64,000 nucleotides of DNA from the NCBI RefSeq assembly GCF_009914755.1, contig NC_060939.1; one strand, written 5' to 3'. Source of the stretch: the human T2T-CHM13v2.0 reference genome, Homo sapiens. The notes under the pieces are model-generated. The model did no database searches. It worked only from the letters and a program-made list of their open reading frames with translations, and was not told where the DNA came from. The position numbers and the translations under genes are program-made. This document shows positions 19,280 to 34,254 of the stretch, piece after piece (position 1 is the first letter of the stretch; the number at the start of each line of letters is the position of its first letter).

Positions 19280-19479
19280 GATCCCAAGCTTGTAGTTTTG
19301 ATCCCTGAGATATTTTTCCTTATATTAAACTATCATTTTCTGAGCAATTATTAGATACTTGACACTCTACTAGGTGCCAGTGTCAAAAAAATCATTAACG
19401 CTGAGCCTACTCCCCTAACACCGATGACCATTCCTGAAAATGTGTGGCAATATCTCAAACATGGCTTAACCATAACAAA

Positions 19480-19680
19480 AATTGCCATTTATGGGACACT
19501 TTCAAAATGTGAGCACTGAGTTTATATAACCAGCCTAAGACCATTATAAACTAGGTCCCATTTTTAGCCTCATTCTACAGATGAGAAAACTGAGCCACCA
19601 AAATGTTACAAAACATCCCTCAAGGTGATATTGCTAATGGTCAGAATTTTCTCTCTCCAGTGTCCACTCTTAATGACCTG
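19480..19680. mobile_element. MIR
   Basis: 'cattctacagatgagaaaactgag' MIR core. Confidence 0.65.
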
Positions 19681-22137
19681 ACAGTACAAATTGCCTCACT
19701 GAAACAGCATGAAGATAAATCAGTTTGAATTTATCTCCACCACTGGCAAAAAGAGTCTGAAGCCAAGTCATAGAAAAGATCAAAGATTCCTAGTTCATAG
19801 ACGCGGGCTTTTGCTCTGACTTCTCATAATGAAAACTGATGGTTCTGAAACCTCTCTCTCTTGCAGCACTAGACACAGAACATGGTTCTTTGCTTTACTG
19901 TTAGGGAGGACAAGCTGAGTGAAGCAAGGAGAAAAGGATGGAGAGAAAAGGGAAAGAAGAATCTGAGTGAGGACATCTTCACTTGAAAATCAAAGTTATT
20001 TTTTCCTGGGGTTAGCAAACTCATTTAGAAACAACATGAAAAGCAGGACTTTAAGATACTCCTGAAAATACTGAATGTTGTCAGGATAAGAGTATAGCCC
20101 ATGAAAAAGACAAACTTGAAATCATTTTTTTGCAAAAATGCTGAAGGGTTTGCTCAAAAGAACTGTAATCATCATAAATCTTCCCAATTTCTAGTCAATG
20201 TCTTCAGTCATCCCATGTGCCTGATGAAAGAAAAGAAAGAAGTTAAACAGCTGATATTTTTGGTCATGATCATAGGTCAAGGAGCCTACTGTGGCTGAGA
20301 TTAAAGAGAATTTTGATCATGTGATTGTGCAAGAAAGGTTTTGTGTGGCTTCTTTGAAATTTGGCCAACACTGAAGTAAAAGTGTTGTTTCATTTGACAT
20401 GTCCACCTAACCACAGATTGAGGAATGGAAGGCTGAGGGACTAGGAGCAGGACAAGTCCACTGCAGTCTGTGAAGGCAGGGATGACGTTTGTTGCAAACA
20501 ATCCATAGAAAAAGGCAGAGCTGAGAAAGGGGGTCTCCCAGAAGACCAGAAAAGACAATTCAAAGAAGATAAAAGTGCAAAACACTTCATGTTTACAATT
20601 GGCTTACTGCAGGAGCATGTGGAAGAAGCTAAAGCAGGTATACCATGAGAAACCTCCTTGGGTCTTTTGTATCCCCCAATCCTCCTACCCCAAAAAGCTG
20701 TCAAATGAGGCTAAAATCTCCTCCAAAATCCCCTGGCAGGTAAGCTCTACCTGGAGAAAACCTTCTGAGCCGGGGGGAAGAGTCCCTTCACTTTCTTGTT
20801 TGTCATCAGAGTAAAATATAAAGATAACAAGGACATTTTTAGTATAATTTGAAGCATTTTATTCAACTTCACAGAAATTAGAAATAATTCCCAGGTTATT
20901 AAATAAAGTGATGGTCCTCATTTTTCTTGTAAAATAATGAAGCAGATTTGGGCATTCTGCCCATTGGCTAGGAATATTATTCCAAGTTCTTATTGTATCC
21001 ATGGAAAATCAAATTCAAATTACAGCATGTTTTCTTCTAACATAATTTGCCATAAATGTCTGTGTATCTGTATCTAAATAATATCTGCAATCTAGTCTAA
21101 GAAAAAATATACAAATCGATAGGACATGTAATTGCAAAGGGCTTATTATTTTATATGTTCTTCCTGGATCCTTGAAAAATGACCAGAGAGGATGGGATGG
21201 AGCCAAACCTTGCAAATGTAAGTAGAAACAGTGCACTAAAACCTTCCCATCCCTCTGCACAGCAATTTACAACCCTAGCAGCCAAAGAAGATTGTCTATA
21301 TACACAAATGATATGACACACATCACCCAGGCAAATCACCACCCATACAATTTGGAAAACAGGATAGGGTTAAGTGTTATGAGAGCCGGAATATGAGCAG
21401 CATTCAATTATTGTAAAAATAATGCTGCCTCCTATTTATATAGTGCCTTGATCCTGCTGAGCTCATGGTACAGCCATATCTTATTGTGAATTCTATTAAT
21501 ATGTTAGGTTCAAAGTCATCTTTCAAGCACAGATCATTACTGGTGTTCTTTCTCACGTAGCCCCTGTATGGGGTTACCTAAAATTAATCTCATTTCAGCA
21601 GTAGAGACTCTAGGTATGAAATGTGACAGTCATGCAACGCCACTATTCACCAGAGGAATAAAGACTAGATTCTAGTTTTGCATTATATCACAATCCTGCA
21701 GTTCTCACACTGCATGCCTAGGATGAATGACTGATGTCCCCCCAAAAACCTCCATAGCTCTGACTCAAGGGTGTTAATAATTGTACCTGTCACCAGAAAA
21801 CCCGTCTCACCTATTCACCAGGTGAGGAACCAAAAGGATAGAAAGGTCACATGGTCTTTACACACTAGTTGGGCATGTTTCTGGGCCTTTCTGAGCCACA
21901 GTTTATTCCTTTTTAAAGAGAGCACAGAAATTCCTATTCACAAGGTCACAGGATGATGATGGTTAGGTGACTCCACACATACTGTAATAACAAAACGAAA
22001 GAGAGACTTTGAAGAACTATGAGAGATACCTGAACTTCTTCTTGCTGTTTAGAAAGACAGAGATTTAACTAAGGAAATGCAAGTAAATGGGAGGTCTTCT
22101 ACCATTACTGCAATTCAAATTTTTCAAGTTTTCAAGG

Positions 22138-22831
<694 letters not shown>

Positions 22832-23230
22832 CAAGAGGAATTCTTCAGATTTATACTATTTTCCATTATTAATTTGTCCTCTCCATCAGAAAGCACATTT
22901 TGTAATTAAAATAAAACAAACAAACAAAAAACCTCCAGACCACAAGTAACCTGAAATTTGGGATCATGGGTCCTCTTTTTTCTCACAGTCTCAGCCAAAG
23001 TCCAGCACCAAATGTACTGTCTGCTCAGTGTAATTCTATTGCTTGTCCTCTTAAAGCAAAATGCTCTCTCATGCTTCTGAAAGTTGATATACGTTGTTCC
23101 TCCTTCATGTAATGTGTCCTCAGGTCCATATTTACTAGAACAACTCAAACTAGTCCTTCCTGACCTAGAACTGGTGGGGCTCAAGACTGGGAGCTGCAGA
23201 CACAGGTGAAGTTGCCATCTACTCTCAAGC

Positions 23231-23296
23231 TCTTTCTTAATGTACCTGGTGAACAAGCCCCTTTTGTGTCATCTTCGCCAGGTACATTAAGAAAGA
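23231..23296. repeat. Inverted repeat: 23-bp arms, 20-nt spacer
   Basis: tctttcttaatgtacctggtgaa (23231-23253) and ttcgccaggtacattaagaaaga (23274-23296) are 22/23 complementary. Confidence 0.95.
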
Positions 23297-25253
23297 CTGG
23301 AGGCAAGAAAGGAAACTGAAGGAAACATCCCAAAATTGTACTGACCTAGAGGAGAAGGGGAGGGGATAGGCTGCTGCTGCTGGATAAACATAAAGCCTCA
23401 TTCATAGCCATGCTCAGACTTTTCCATCATATGGACCAAAACACATGAGCCAAAGGGAAATGAGCAACAGCACTGTCACCACCAGAGTACAGGTACAGAG
23501 CCATTGTTACTGGGGAAAAGATGAAGAGAAAAAGCACATGCCTCTGCGGGAAGAATATTGAACTGTTCCCAGCCCAGAAACTTATACCAATACAGAGGTT
23601 TCCTACCACGGGGGTAGGGAGAGGAAACTCTCTCCCAGATAAGACCTATTAAACATACAAGACAGAGTTTCCTACCTGGCATAGAGAAAATAGGGTAAAT
23701 GCTAAGAAATTGTACCTCTAAAGTTCAGGCACATAGAGCTTATCTGGATAGGGAAAGACTAGATCCAAATAAATGCCCTTCAATTGATTATGTTAGCCTA
23801 GCAAGCCAAGGCGATAAGCAAAAACAGTATATAGTTAGAGAAGGGTAAAGGGGATCTCCCTGCTCTGTGGTACAGGCCTACAGTTGAGGCTAAAAGCTGA
23901 GAGCAGAAGACAGGCACACAGAAAAATCTTCTGGCACCTCAGCTTCCACTATGAGAAAAAAGCATCAGGAGAAGAATTTGAAGCCTGTGGTGTGCTGACA
24001 GTAATTCTAACAAAGAAAAACCAAACCTTGCTCAACTCCTGACCAAGTTGACTATGTACCCCACTTCACCTGCCTGTGAAGGGGCATGCCCACTTACAGG
24101 TGAAAATACTGCTCACTTCAGTCTCTGCTATTCTATATGAGATGTCTGTCACTCAATGAAATAGTATGGAATACCTGAATAGTTATGTGGTGGGGGTGGG
24201 GCAAAGGAGAACTACTTCAAAGAGACAAAACAATCAATACAATCAGACTTACAAATTATACAGGTGTTGGAACTATCAGGCAGGGTCCTAAAATAGCTAT
24301 AATTAGTATGTTAAAGGATCTAGTGTAAAATATGCACAATATGCACAAACAGATGGAAAATTTCAGCAGAGAGTTGGAAACTATAAAAAGTCAAGTGGAA
24401 ATACTAAAAATAATAACACTTAAAAAAACAACTATCATGTTAGAGATAAATTACTTGAGTGAGTTCATCAGTAGACTAAAGTCAACCAAGAAAAGAGTCA
24501 ATAAACTTGAGGATAAGTCAATAGAAATTATGCAATCAAAAATACAAAGAGGAAAATGTATGAGAGCATCTAAGAGCTGTATGAAAATACCAATTCACCT
24601 AAAATATATGCAGTTGTATTCCCAGAAATTGAAAAAAAATGGGGATTAATAAATATATGTAAAGACCAATAATTTCCCCAAAATAATAAAAAATATAAAA
24701 CCACAGATCCAAGAAATGCAGAAAATCTCCAAGCAGGAAAAATTAATATCAAACAAATGAAAACCAAGACATGGTGTTTATTTTGCATATAATGCCAACT
24801 GCCACAAATCCAAAATAAAGAGAAAAACTAAAAGGAAGCCAGTGGGGGAACAAAACACACTACATACAGAAGAACAAACATAAGATTATAGCAAATTTCT
24901 CAGTAGAAACAATGCGAGTTAGAAGAAAAATGTAGTGACATCTTTAAATTTCTAGAAAAGAAAAGAAGAAACTGCCAACCTACATTTTAATAGCTAGCAA
25001 AAATACATTTAAAAACTTAAGATGAAATCAGCACATTTTCAGAAAACAGACAAAAACATGAAAAGACTACATTGCTAGCAGATCTGTGCTACAGAAAATA
25101 TTAAAGAAACTTTTTACTCAGAGAACATATAATTCCAGACAGAAACTTGAATCTGCACTAAAATAAAATGAAGTCTGGGAATGCTCAAAATAAAGGTAAA
25201 TATAAAAAGACAATTTTCTTATTTGTAATGGCTCTAAAAGATAATTGACTATG

Positions 25254-25666
25254 GTCCAACAATGATAGACTGGATTAAGAAAATGTGGCACATATACACC
25301 ATGCAATACTATGCAGCCATAAAAAATGATGAGTTCATGTCCTTTGTAGGGACATGGATGACGCTGGAAACCACCATTCTCTGCAAACTATCGCAAGGAC
25401 AAAAAACCAAACACTGCATGTTCTCACTCATAGGTGGGAAATGAACAATGAGAACACATGGACACAGGAAGGGGAACATCACACACCGGGGACTGTTGTG
25501 GGGTGCGGGGAGTGGGGAGGGATAGCATTAGGAGATATACCTAATGCTAAATGACGAGTTACTGGGTGCAGCACACCAGCATGGCACATGTATACATATG
25601 TAACAAACATGCACGTTGTGCACATGTACCCTAAAACTCAAAGTATAATAATAATAAAATTTTAAA
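25254..25666 (+). mobile_element. 5'-truncated L1PA3-like 3' end
   Basis: 'ctaatgctaaatgacgag...caccagcatgg' 3'UTR; TSD aaaagataattgactatg / aaaaggtaattgactatg. Confidence 0.93.
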
Positions 25667-25971
25667 AAAAGGTAATTGACTATGTAAAGGAAAAGAAATA
25701 ACTATTTATGTTTGGGTCTACAACATATGTAAAAATATAATGTATGATAGAAATACCAGAAAAAGCAGTAAGGGAAGAATTGGAGATATATTATTGCAAG
25801 GTTCTTCTACCTTACTTAAGGTGATACAATACTATTTGAAGATAACTGAATAATTATTTGTGATAATTGAATAATATGTATTGTAAATTCTATTAAAAAT
25901 ATTTAAATAAAATTAGGAAAGATATATGGATAATAGAACAATGATAGAGATAAAATGGAATCATAAAAATT

Positions 25972-27042
25972 CAAATGGTCCTTATTTTTCATTTTTCTGA
26001 TATGCACACATTTTACTTATCATGGTTTAAACCCTAAATTTCAGTGTCAATGATTTTGTTGACCTCTGCAAAACATATCATATTTCAGTATTGTATAATA
26101 ACTTCAAATAACCGCATATAGACTTTACTGCAAGCTCTTCAGTTCACAAATAACTATGTAAAAAAAAAAACAGATATGCATCATTATCAGTGACCAATCA
26201 TATCACTCTTTTCAAAACCTATCAAGGACTGGTCCCTGCACTCTGTTCTTCAGTTCCTGCACAGACAGTATAGCGAATAGTTTTGTTGCTGTTTGGTCAC
26301 TCAGTGATAACCTTACATGTAACAAACAAGGTAATTGAAAGACAGAATTGGAGACAAAGATGAAAATGCAGGCAAGAAACAAAAAGTGATGATGCTGTAA
26401 GTGAAATTCAACTTGAACATAAGGGATCCTATGGAAAAAAGTAGCTGACCATGACCTGTACACTGCCATTGTCCAAGAGACTCTAGACATGCAGCCAGAA
26501 GACCTGAGTGACAACAAATATACTGACAATAATGAGTAAAGGGGCTTGTGAGAAAAAAAGAGAAAGTAAAGGTTTTGAAAAAACTTCAGATTAAAGAAAC
26601 TCTCAAAAATATTTCATGACATTGAAAACACAAAAGACCAAATGTCAAAAACAAATCCAAACTTATAAAAGAGTATAACAATTTTCCAAAACATAGAAAA
26701 GAGGCTTACTCCATATTGTAAATTTTACTATGAGAAGAATGCAACACTTTCCAAACTACTATGTTACAAAAACTAACAAAGTAAGCCCCACAATTCTCAA
26801 TGTTTTGAATTACAGTAGACTAAATGTTTTTAATTACAGTATATTAAAAAATTAGTGTTTTTAGTTTTAATTTTTCTACACATTATAACAGTAAGAAAGA
26901 TTTAGATGTTTTGGGCAAAAAAATTAAAGGTCATGAAACCATTGTAGATGATCCTATTGATTTTTAAGATCACTTTGTATGGTTTCAGCTTCCATAGTTA
27001 TTTTTATAGTACTACTCTACCGTGCCAAACAGGGAACACTTA
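25972..27042 (+). mobile_element. Tigger-family (TcMar) DNA transposon relic
   Basis: 26582-26755 translates as NFRLKKLSKIFHDIENTKDQMSKTNPNL*KSITIFQNIEKRLTPYCKFY, resembling a Tigger transposase C-terminus. L1 sequence resumes on both sides. Confidence 0.7.
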
Positions 27043-28176
27043 CAATCTAACCTGTCTCAAAGGAGGCTGAAAAGTAGGCAAAAGGATGAAAAAAAAAGAT
27101 GGAAATTTAAAAAAAATAGCCAGGTGATAGATTTTAAACCAACTATATCAATTGTTTCACTAAATATAAGAATTCTAAGCATCTCAATCAAAAGACAGAT
27201 ATCAATTAAAAACAGAGAGTAAGTCATTTTGCATTAAAAATCAAGGCCCAATTATATTATTGTTTCTTAAAAATATACACAGGGTTAGGTAAGAGGATGG
27301 GAAAATATGTGTAATGAAAACGCTAATCCAAAGGAAGCTGGAGTGACTATACAATATTAAAGTAGATTTCAGAACAACAAATATGACCAAGGGCGAAATG
27401 TCGCATTATATACTCTTCAAGAAGTTCTTTCACCAAAGAAGACAAAACAATCATAGACTCATATGGACCTACACCAGGGCTTCAAAATAAATGAAGCAAA
27501 ACCTAATAGTTTGTGAATTCAAGAATCATGCCTTAGGAATACATAGAGCAAGTAAAAAAATATTACTATGTATAGAAGAACCTACATAACAGTATCACTC
27601 AACGTGAATGAGTTAACACTTCTAGAACATTCCATCAAACATTGTTTTCCAGAAAGTATCAAGTATACACATTGTTTTTAAGTGCACCTAAAGTATGCAC
27701 AAGGATATATTTTGTGCCACAGATCAAGCTTCAAAAAATTCAAAATAATTTAAATCATAAACTATGCCATCTGACTATAAAGTATACAATTTTCAACAAC
27801 AGAAAAATTTGGATAATATACACAAACTTCTAAATAACCTACAATTAGAAGTTATGTAGGATATTAGAAAATATTTTGAATCCAATTAAAATGAAAATAA
27901 AATGTATTAAAATTTTAAGGATGCAGCTAAAGCAGGGCTAAAGAAAAAGAATTACAGGATTAAGGATTATGTTAGAAAAGAGGAGAGGACTGAAATCCTC
28001 GATCTAAACTTTCACTTTATGAAATTAGCAAAAAGAAAAAAAATTATACCTATAGTAAGCAGGGAGAAAAAAAATAACATCATAAATAAATTCAAAAAGA
28101 GAAAAGAATTTAAAAAGGCCAATTAAAACAAAAGGTAGTGTTTTCAAAAGATCAGTAAAGTTGGTAATCATATAGC

Positions 28177-28400
28177 CAGGTGGTCAACCAACTGCATTCC
28201 ATGGGCAAAATCTACCTCACTGTTTGTTTTGTAAATAAAGTTTTATTGGGACACAGCTACACCCATTTATTTACATATTATCTATGGTTGTTTTCCACTA
28301 CAACAAGAGAGTTGAGTAGTTGAAACAGAGACCAATGACCTGCCTACACAAAAAATATTGACCATATAGCCCATAACACAAAAAGTATTGCCAAATTCTG
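28177..28400. mobile_element. MER58A inside the L1M ORF2
   Basis: 'ttttgtaaataaagttttattgggacacagctacacccatttatttacatatt...gagttgagtagttg..acagagacc'. Confidence 0.85.
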
Positions 28401-30091
28401 TCCTGCTCTCATTCAAATGATAAAGAAAAAAAAAGAGAAAATAAACATATTTTTTATATCAGGAATATTGAAATCAAGGATTTCACTACAGATTCTATAA
28501 ATATTACATGATAATAAAATATAAAGTTTTAAAAAACCTTTATGTCAAATTAGGTGAAATAAATAATTGTATTGAATGACACAAACTGCCAAAGCTCTTT
28601 CCAAAAGAAAGTGATAACCTGAATAGTCATACATCTAAGAAATACATTGCAATTTTAGCTAAAATTCTTCCCACAAAAAAATATTCAGACCCAGATGTTT
28701 TCCCTAGGGAATTCTACTAAACATTTAAGGAAGAAACACCACCATTTCTGTATGAACTTTTCTAGAAAATAGGAAATGAAGAAAAACTTCCCAACATGTT
28801 TTATAATGCGAGAATTACCCTGAAATGAAAATAAAGATATTATAAGAAATCTACAGAGCAATATCCCTCATAATCATAGGAACAAAAATGCTCAAAAAAT
28901 TAGGATATGAATCTAGCAAGATATAAAAAGATAGCACATCATAACCAAGGGAGTTTAACCCCAGAATAGAAGTTTAGTTCAACATAGAAAATCAATCAAT
29001 GTAATTTACTATATTAATAGACTAAAGAAGAAAACCATTAATTACAATCATCTCATTAAATGCAAAAAAAGCCTTTAACAAAATTTGACATTCATTCATG
29101 ATAAATACTCTCAGCAAACTCAAGTGGAAGGGGACTTCCTCAGGGTGACAATCTTCATCTACGAAAACCCTACAGCAAATGGCACACTTAATAATGAAAG
29201 TCTGACTGTTTTCCCTCTAGACTAAGAAAATGGTAAATACTTTTGTTGTCAAAATACTTTTGTTGTTATATTGTATGTCTTATACTGGATGTCTTATCCA
29301 CTGCAATAAAGGTGTAGTTCAAGGGGGGAATATATACACATTAAAAAGGAAAAAAATAAAGCTATCTATAAGTACAGAGCAATAATTTTCTATGTAGAAA
29401 TTCCTGTATAAATGACAAATAAAAATGCAAAGACTAATAAGTGAATTGAGGAAGGTCACGTGATAAAAGGTCAACAATAAAAATCAATTTTATTTCTATA
29501 TACTAGCAATGAGCAATTAGAAATTAATTTTTAAAATATCTTTATAATAGCATTAAAGCATTAAATACTTGAGCATAAATCAAACAAAATGTCTATATAA
29601 TCATTATGCTGAAAACCATAAAACCCAGAGAAGAACAATCAAAGAAAGTCCAAGTAAATAAAAAGATATAATGTGTTCATGAGTTGGAAGACTCAATATT
29701 ATGAAAAGTTCAATTATTTCAAAACTGATCTATAGATTCAAATAATTCCAATAAAAACTTTAACATGATATTTTGTTGAAATGTGTAAGTTAATTTAACA
29801 ATTTACATTAAAATACAAAGGAAACATAATAGCCAAAAACAATTATAAAGATAAAAACAAAACTGGAGTGCTCACACACTTGATTTTAAGATATACTGTA
29901 TAGCTTCAGTAATCAAGACAGTGTAGTGTGAGTTAAAGAATAGACATATAGATCAGTGAAACAGGGGAGGGAGTCCAGAAAATAAACCCAAGCAAATCTA
30001 GCCAACTGATTTTTGGCAAAGATACTAAGGCAAATCAAGGGAGAAAGAATAGCATTTTCAAGAAATGGTGCTGGAACAGGCATCTATGGGC

Positions 30092-30180
30092 AAAAGGAAG
30101 GAAGGAAAGGAGGAAGGAAAAGGAAGGGGAAGGGGAAAAGGAAGGGAGGAAGGGAGGAAGGGAGGGAGGGAAAAAGAAAA
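30092..30180. repeat. Purine-rich (GGAA/GGGA) simple repeat
   Basis: Direct observation. Confidence 0.9.
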
Positions 30181-30644
30181 CCCAAACTGAAACTATAATT
30201 AATGTTTCTATTAGAACACACTGGACGAATTCTTTGTAACCATGGATTTTAGAAAGATTTCTTAGATATGGCTCCCAAAGAATGAGCCATAATAGAAAAC
30301 ATTGATAAGCTGGACTTCATAAAAACTATACACATCTGTTCTTCAAAAGACACTATTAAGAAAATGAAAAGACACCAATCAGCCTGAGAGAAAATTCTCA
30401 TTTGCAAAACACATATTTGATAACAGACTTGTATCCAGAATATAAAACGAACTCCCAAAACCCAATCATAAGAAAGCACAACCACCTTATTTTAAAAAGT
30501 GAGCTGAAGATTTGAAGAAAACCACCACTAAAAATGATATATGGATGAGATGGCAAATAAGTACATGAAAAGATTCTTGACATATTATTTATTGGGAAAA
30601 TGCAAATTAAACCCCAAATGATATACTGCCGCACACTCTTTAGG

Positions 30645-31165
30645 ATTTTTAAGTGCAGTGAAAAGCCACTGGAGCATCTAAAGCAGGGAGGTTACAAGAG
30701 ATTTATCAGCATTTGTTGAAAAGATCACAGTGATTGTTGTGCAGAGTAGGGAGGTGACAAGGGAAGCCGAGACCATTGAAGCAGCTGCTGTGCGTTAGAC
30801 TAAGGTGTGGATGGGAAGAGGAGTCATCTTTCGTAGTTGAGCTAGACTTGTCAGTGGAGCACTTGCAGTGGATTGGATGTGTAGGGAGAAGGGGAAAAAA
30901 AAAAAGAACTAGGAGTAAAAGGTGAAAGATTTATATGATATTACCTTGACTGTGGGTATCATCCGTGTTTGTATATATCCAAAGCCATCAAATTGAACAT
31001 ATTAAATATGTGCAATATTTTATCAATTATACCTCAATGAATCTGTTTTTAAAATAGAAACGGGTGACTTCTAGGTTTTAAGCCTCATCAGTCAGATGTT
31101 CATGGTGCTATTTACTCGGATGGAAAAACACTGGGCTGAAGAAAGCTTGGAGGAGAAAAATCAGT
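30645..31165 (-). mobile_element. L2 fragments, with a short plus-strand L1M 3' end (about 30940-31055) inside
   Basis: 'aagccactggagcatctaaagcaggg...aagatcac'; 'tcaattatacctcaatgaa' L1 3' terminus; 'gacttctaggttttaagcct...tggtgctatttact'. Confidence 0.55.
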
Positions 31166-31167
31166 AA

Positions 31168-31522
<355 letters not shown>

Positions 31523-33367
31523 TGCATCCCTCATCTTTAAACACTGAAAACATCCCTACCAGCCAAATGGATGGAGTTGGAGCGCAAATATTTTAGCTCA
31601 TTATATCTAAGTTTGACTTCCGTCTTGTTACTCTGAATACCAGAACAAAGAGATATTCACATTAGTTGTCATGAAATCATCAAATTGAAAAACCTACTGA
31701 GACCTACTGTGTGCTCAGTACTGGGTTGGCATCACGAAAAACACAAAATTATAAACTTCAATTATTGTTCGTAAGTAACTTAGAAACTAATTAATAGCAT
31801 AAGATATTTATGAGTAGTGATCCAGAACAAAAAGTAAAGCTGATAAAAATAATTTATTTAGCACACCATCAACAATGTCCTATAGGCTATGTGTGCAGAT
31901 TGTCAAATATGAGGGACAGACACAGAGCTGATGTGAAAGGACAGAGTGATCCCTGTGCGCTGGAGTGGTCCTGGAAGCTCTCTTGATGGAAGAATGGCTT
32001 GATCTTAATGCAAAATAACCGAGGGAGCATTCCAGAGGGGGATACAAATCTACAACAAAATGCAGTTCTTCCTCCTGTCTCAGGGGAAAGTTAACCATTT
32101 TCTTTGAGAAACAGACATGTGAATAGAAATAACTAAAATAAGCTCTTTGGAATCAGTAAAGAGAGCCTATACAACAACTACAAAGAATTTTCCAGCCATA
32201 GACTCATATCATGAAAAGTACTAAAATGAATATTATCCAGTCTAGGCATTCTGCCCTACTGGAAGCCCCTTTATGGGCAGAGATGAGAATTCACCATAGT
32301 CTTTGATTTTCTGATTTGTAAAGTCTACAAAGAATATGTAGAATGAATGACTAACATTTTAACAAACCATACCTTTTGTACTGAGATATATTTTTTTTAC
32401 TAAACCTTGTCCTGGATAAACAACTTTTGGCCCATAAGCCAGGGTAGACAAAGATCAAAGTTATGTTCACCATGCATCCCTTTTCATTCAAAAATATTTT
32501 GGCTTGCACTATCACTCAGCTATACAGAACTGATCATTTTAATTCCCCTAAAGCACATGGAAAAAAAGCTTTTTTAGATTAAAAGTGCCTATTTTCAAAC
32601 AATGGCCTGCTGTGCTCGTCTAGACTTAAATAGACACCCAAGTGACCACCTTCGGATAAAAGGTCATGAAGTGTCATGAAGCACCAGCTTCTCCTTGGGA
32701 GGGTGGTTGAGGTCAGTGCTCACTCTGAAGGGCTCAACAAATTTGGATAATGCTTTCCAAGGTCAAATGAGACGAAACTGAAGGATGAAACTCAACCTAT
32801 TTGTGAGAAATGAAACCAGGTCTCACTGAGTTTCAGTCACCACATTGATGACACTGGTAGTCAACTGATTCTCCAGCGAGTAAGGGAACAGCTGCATGAA
32901 TGAGAATACGAAATAGCAATCATCAGGAAACACCATTGTGTCTAAGACTCCTTCTCCATGGGAGAGCTCTTTCCAACTCAGATGGGACCCAGCAGTTGTT
33001 CTCCTTGCCTAAATCCAGAATGGAGTGAAGATGTCGCACTTGATTCTCCCTCGGCACAGCTGAATTTCACAAGGGAAAGATGACAGACAAAGAGATGGGG
33101 CAGAACGGAGAGCGTGGCAGGGAGAGAGAGAGCAAACCAGAGAGTGCAAACAGCTTTAAAACTATGTAAGACAAAGGAGAAGTCATTGGTTGGATGAAAA
33201 ATACCAGATGGCAACCAAAACCTTTGGAAAAATGGAACAGATGAAGGAGTCTCAACTGGGACCTTTAGAAAGGTCGATTTAGGAGCATTGTACATGGGCT
33301 ATCAGTGTTCTAGGACCACTGCACACAGCTACCAGCATCCAAGCTAAAGAAATTCCAGTCCAGATCG

Positions 33368-33641
33368 TGTTCTGTCACCCAAGCTGGAGAGCAGTGGCAC
33401 AAACATGGTTCATGGCAGCCCTGACCTCCTGGGCTCGAGCAATCCTCCCGCCTTGGCCTCCCAAGTACCTTGGGCCAGAGATGCAAGCCACCATGCCCAG
33501 CTATTTTTTTATTTTTATTTTTGGAGAGATGGGGGTCTTGCTATGTTGCTTGGTCTGGTCTCAAACTTCTGAGCTCAAGCCATTCTCCTGCCTTGATCTC
33601 CCAAAGTGCTGGGGTTATGGGCACGAACCATCACACCCAGC
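33368..33641 (-). mobile_element. AluJ (diverged, tail-less)
   Basis: J diagnostics 'cctcctgggctcgagcaatcctccc', 'gtcttgctatgttgc'. Confidence 0.88.
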
Positions 33642-34254
33642 ATGAAGTCAATTCTTAAAGAGGAGTAATTGGAAGGTTAGTATCAGAGTTCTACCTAGTC
33701 ATTTCTAGAGTTGACCACACTTTCTCCTTCCTCAAGTCACTTGCAGGCACCTCTGCCTGGAGTGCTCACCCCCTGGGTATAAATAAGGGTAATCTCTTGA
33801 CATTTTTCATATCTGTTTTACAGTTTCCTCAGAGATGCCTTGCCCAGCTAGCTGACCCAAGGCAGCATCCTCTATCACTCTCTATATCAACAGGACCAAT
33901 GCCAGGAATCACCCTACATTTCAAATAGAGGGACTGGTTGTAAGAAATGGATTATAAAAGCATTAGAAATACTGAGTGGACAAAATGAGGTGGCTAAGTA
34001 ACTGAGTTATTGGTAACCGTGAGAAGCAGCTGCCATCCAAAGGACTTGGAGGACAAAGGGAGGAGGCAAAGCGAGGACCACCAGAAGGAGCCCCTCCCCT
34101 ACAACAGCCTGTGCTGGCAGCTGGAGGAGATGCCAGACAAATCCGTGGGGGTGACAAGTGCCAGGACCAGGCTCAGAAGGGAGCCTGCATACAGTTGATA
34201 AAATAGCAAAGGGCTCAGCCAGGAGCTTCTCTTGGATATGGAAATTAATCATCT

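Larger units (their letters stand above)
23400..30640 (+). mobile_element. Ancient near-full-length L1M (L1MC/MD/ME-type), fragmented by younger insertions
   Basis: ORF1 coiled-coil remnant 24332-24649 (QMENFSRELETIK...RVNKLEDKSIEI) and decayed ORF2 from about 27.1 to 30.6 kb. The 5' boundary is uncertain. Confidence 0.8.

Noticed and set aside
20440-20745. Purine-rich unique stretch ending at a CAG/GTAAGC donor; possible coding exon
   Set aside because: No recognisable protein, frames contain stops, and no convincing acceptor; it cannot be supported without RNA data.
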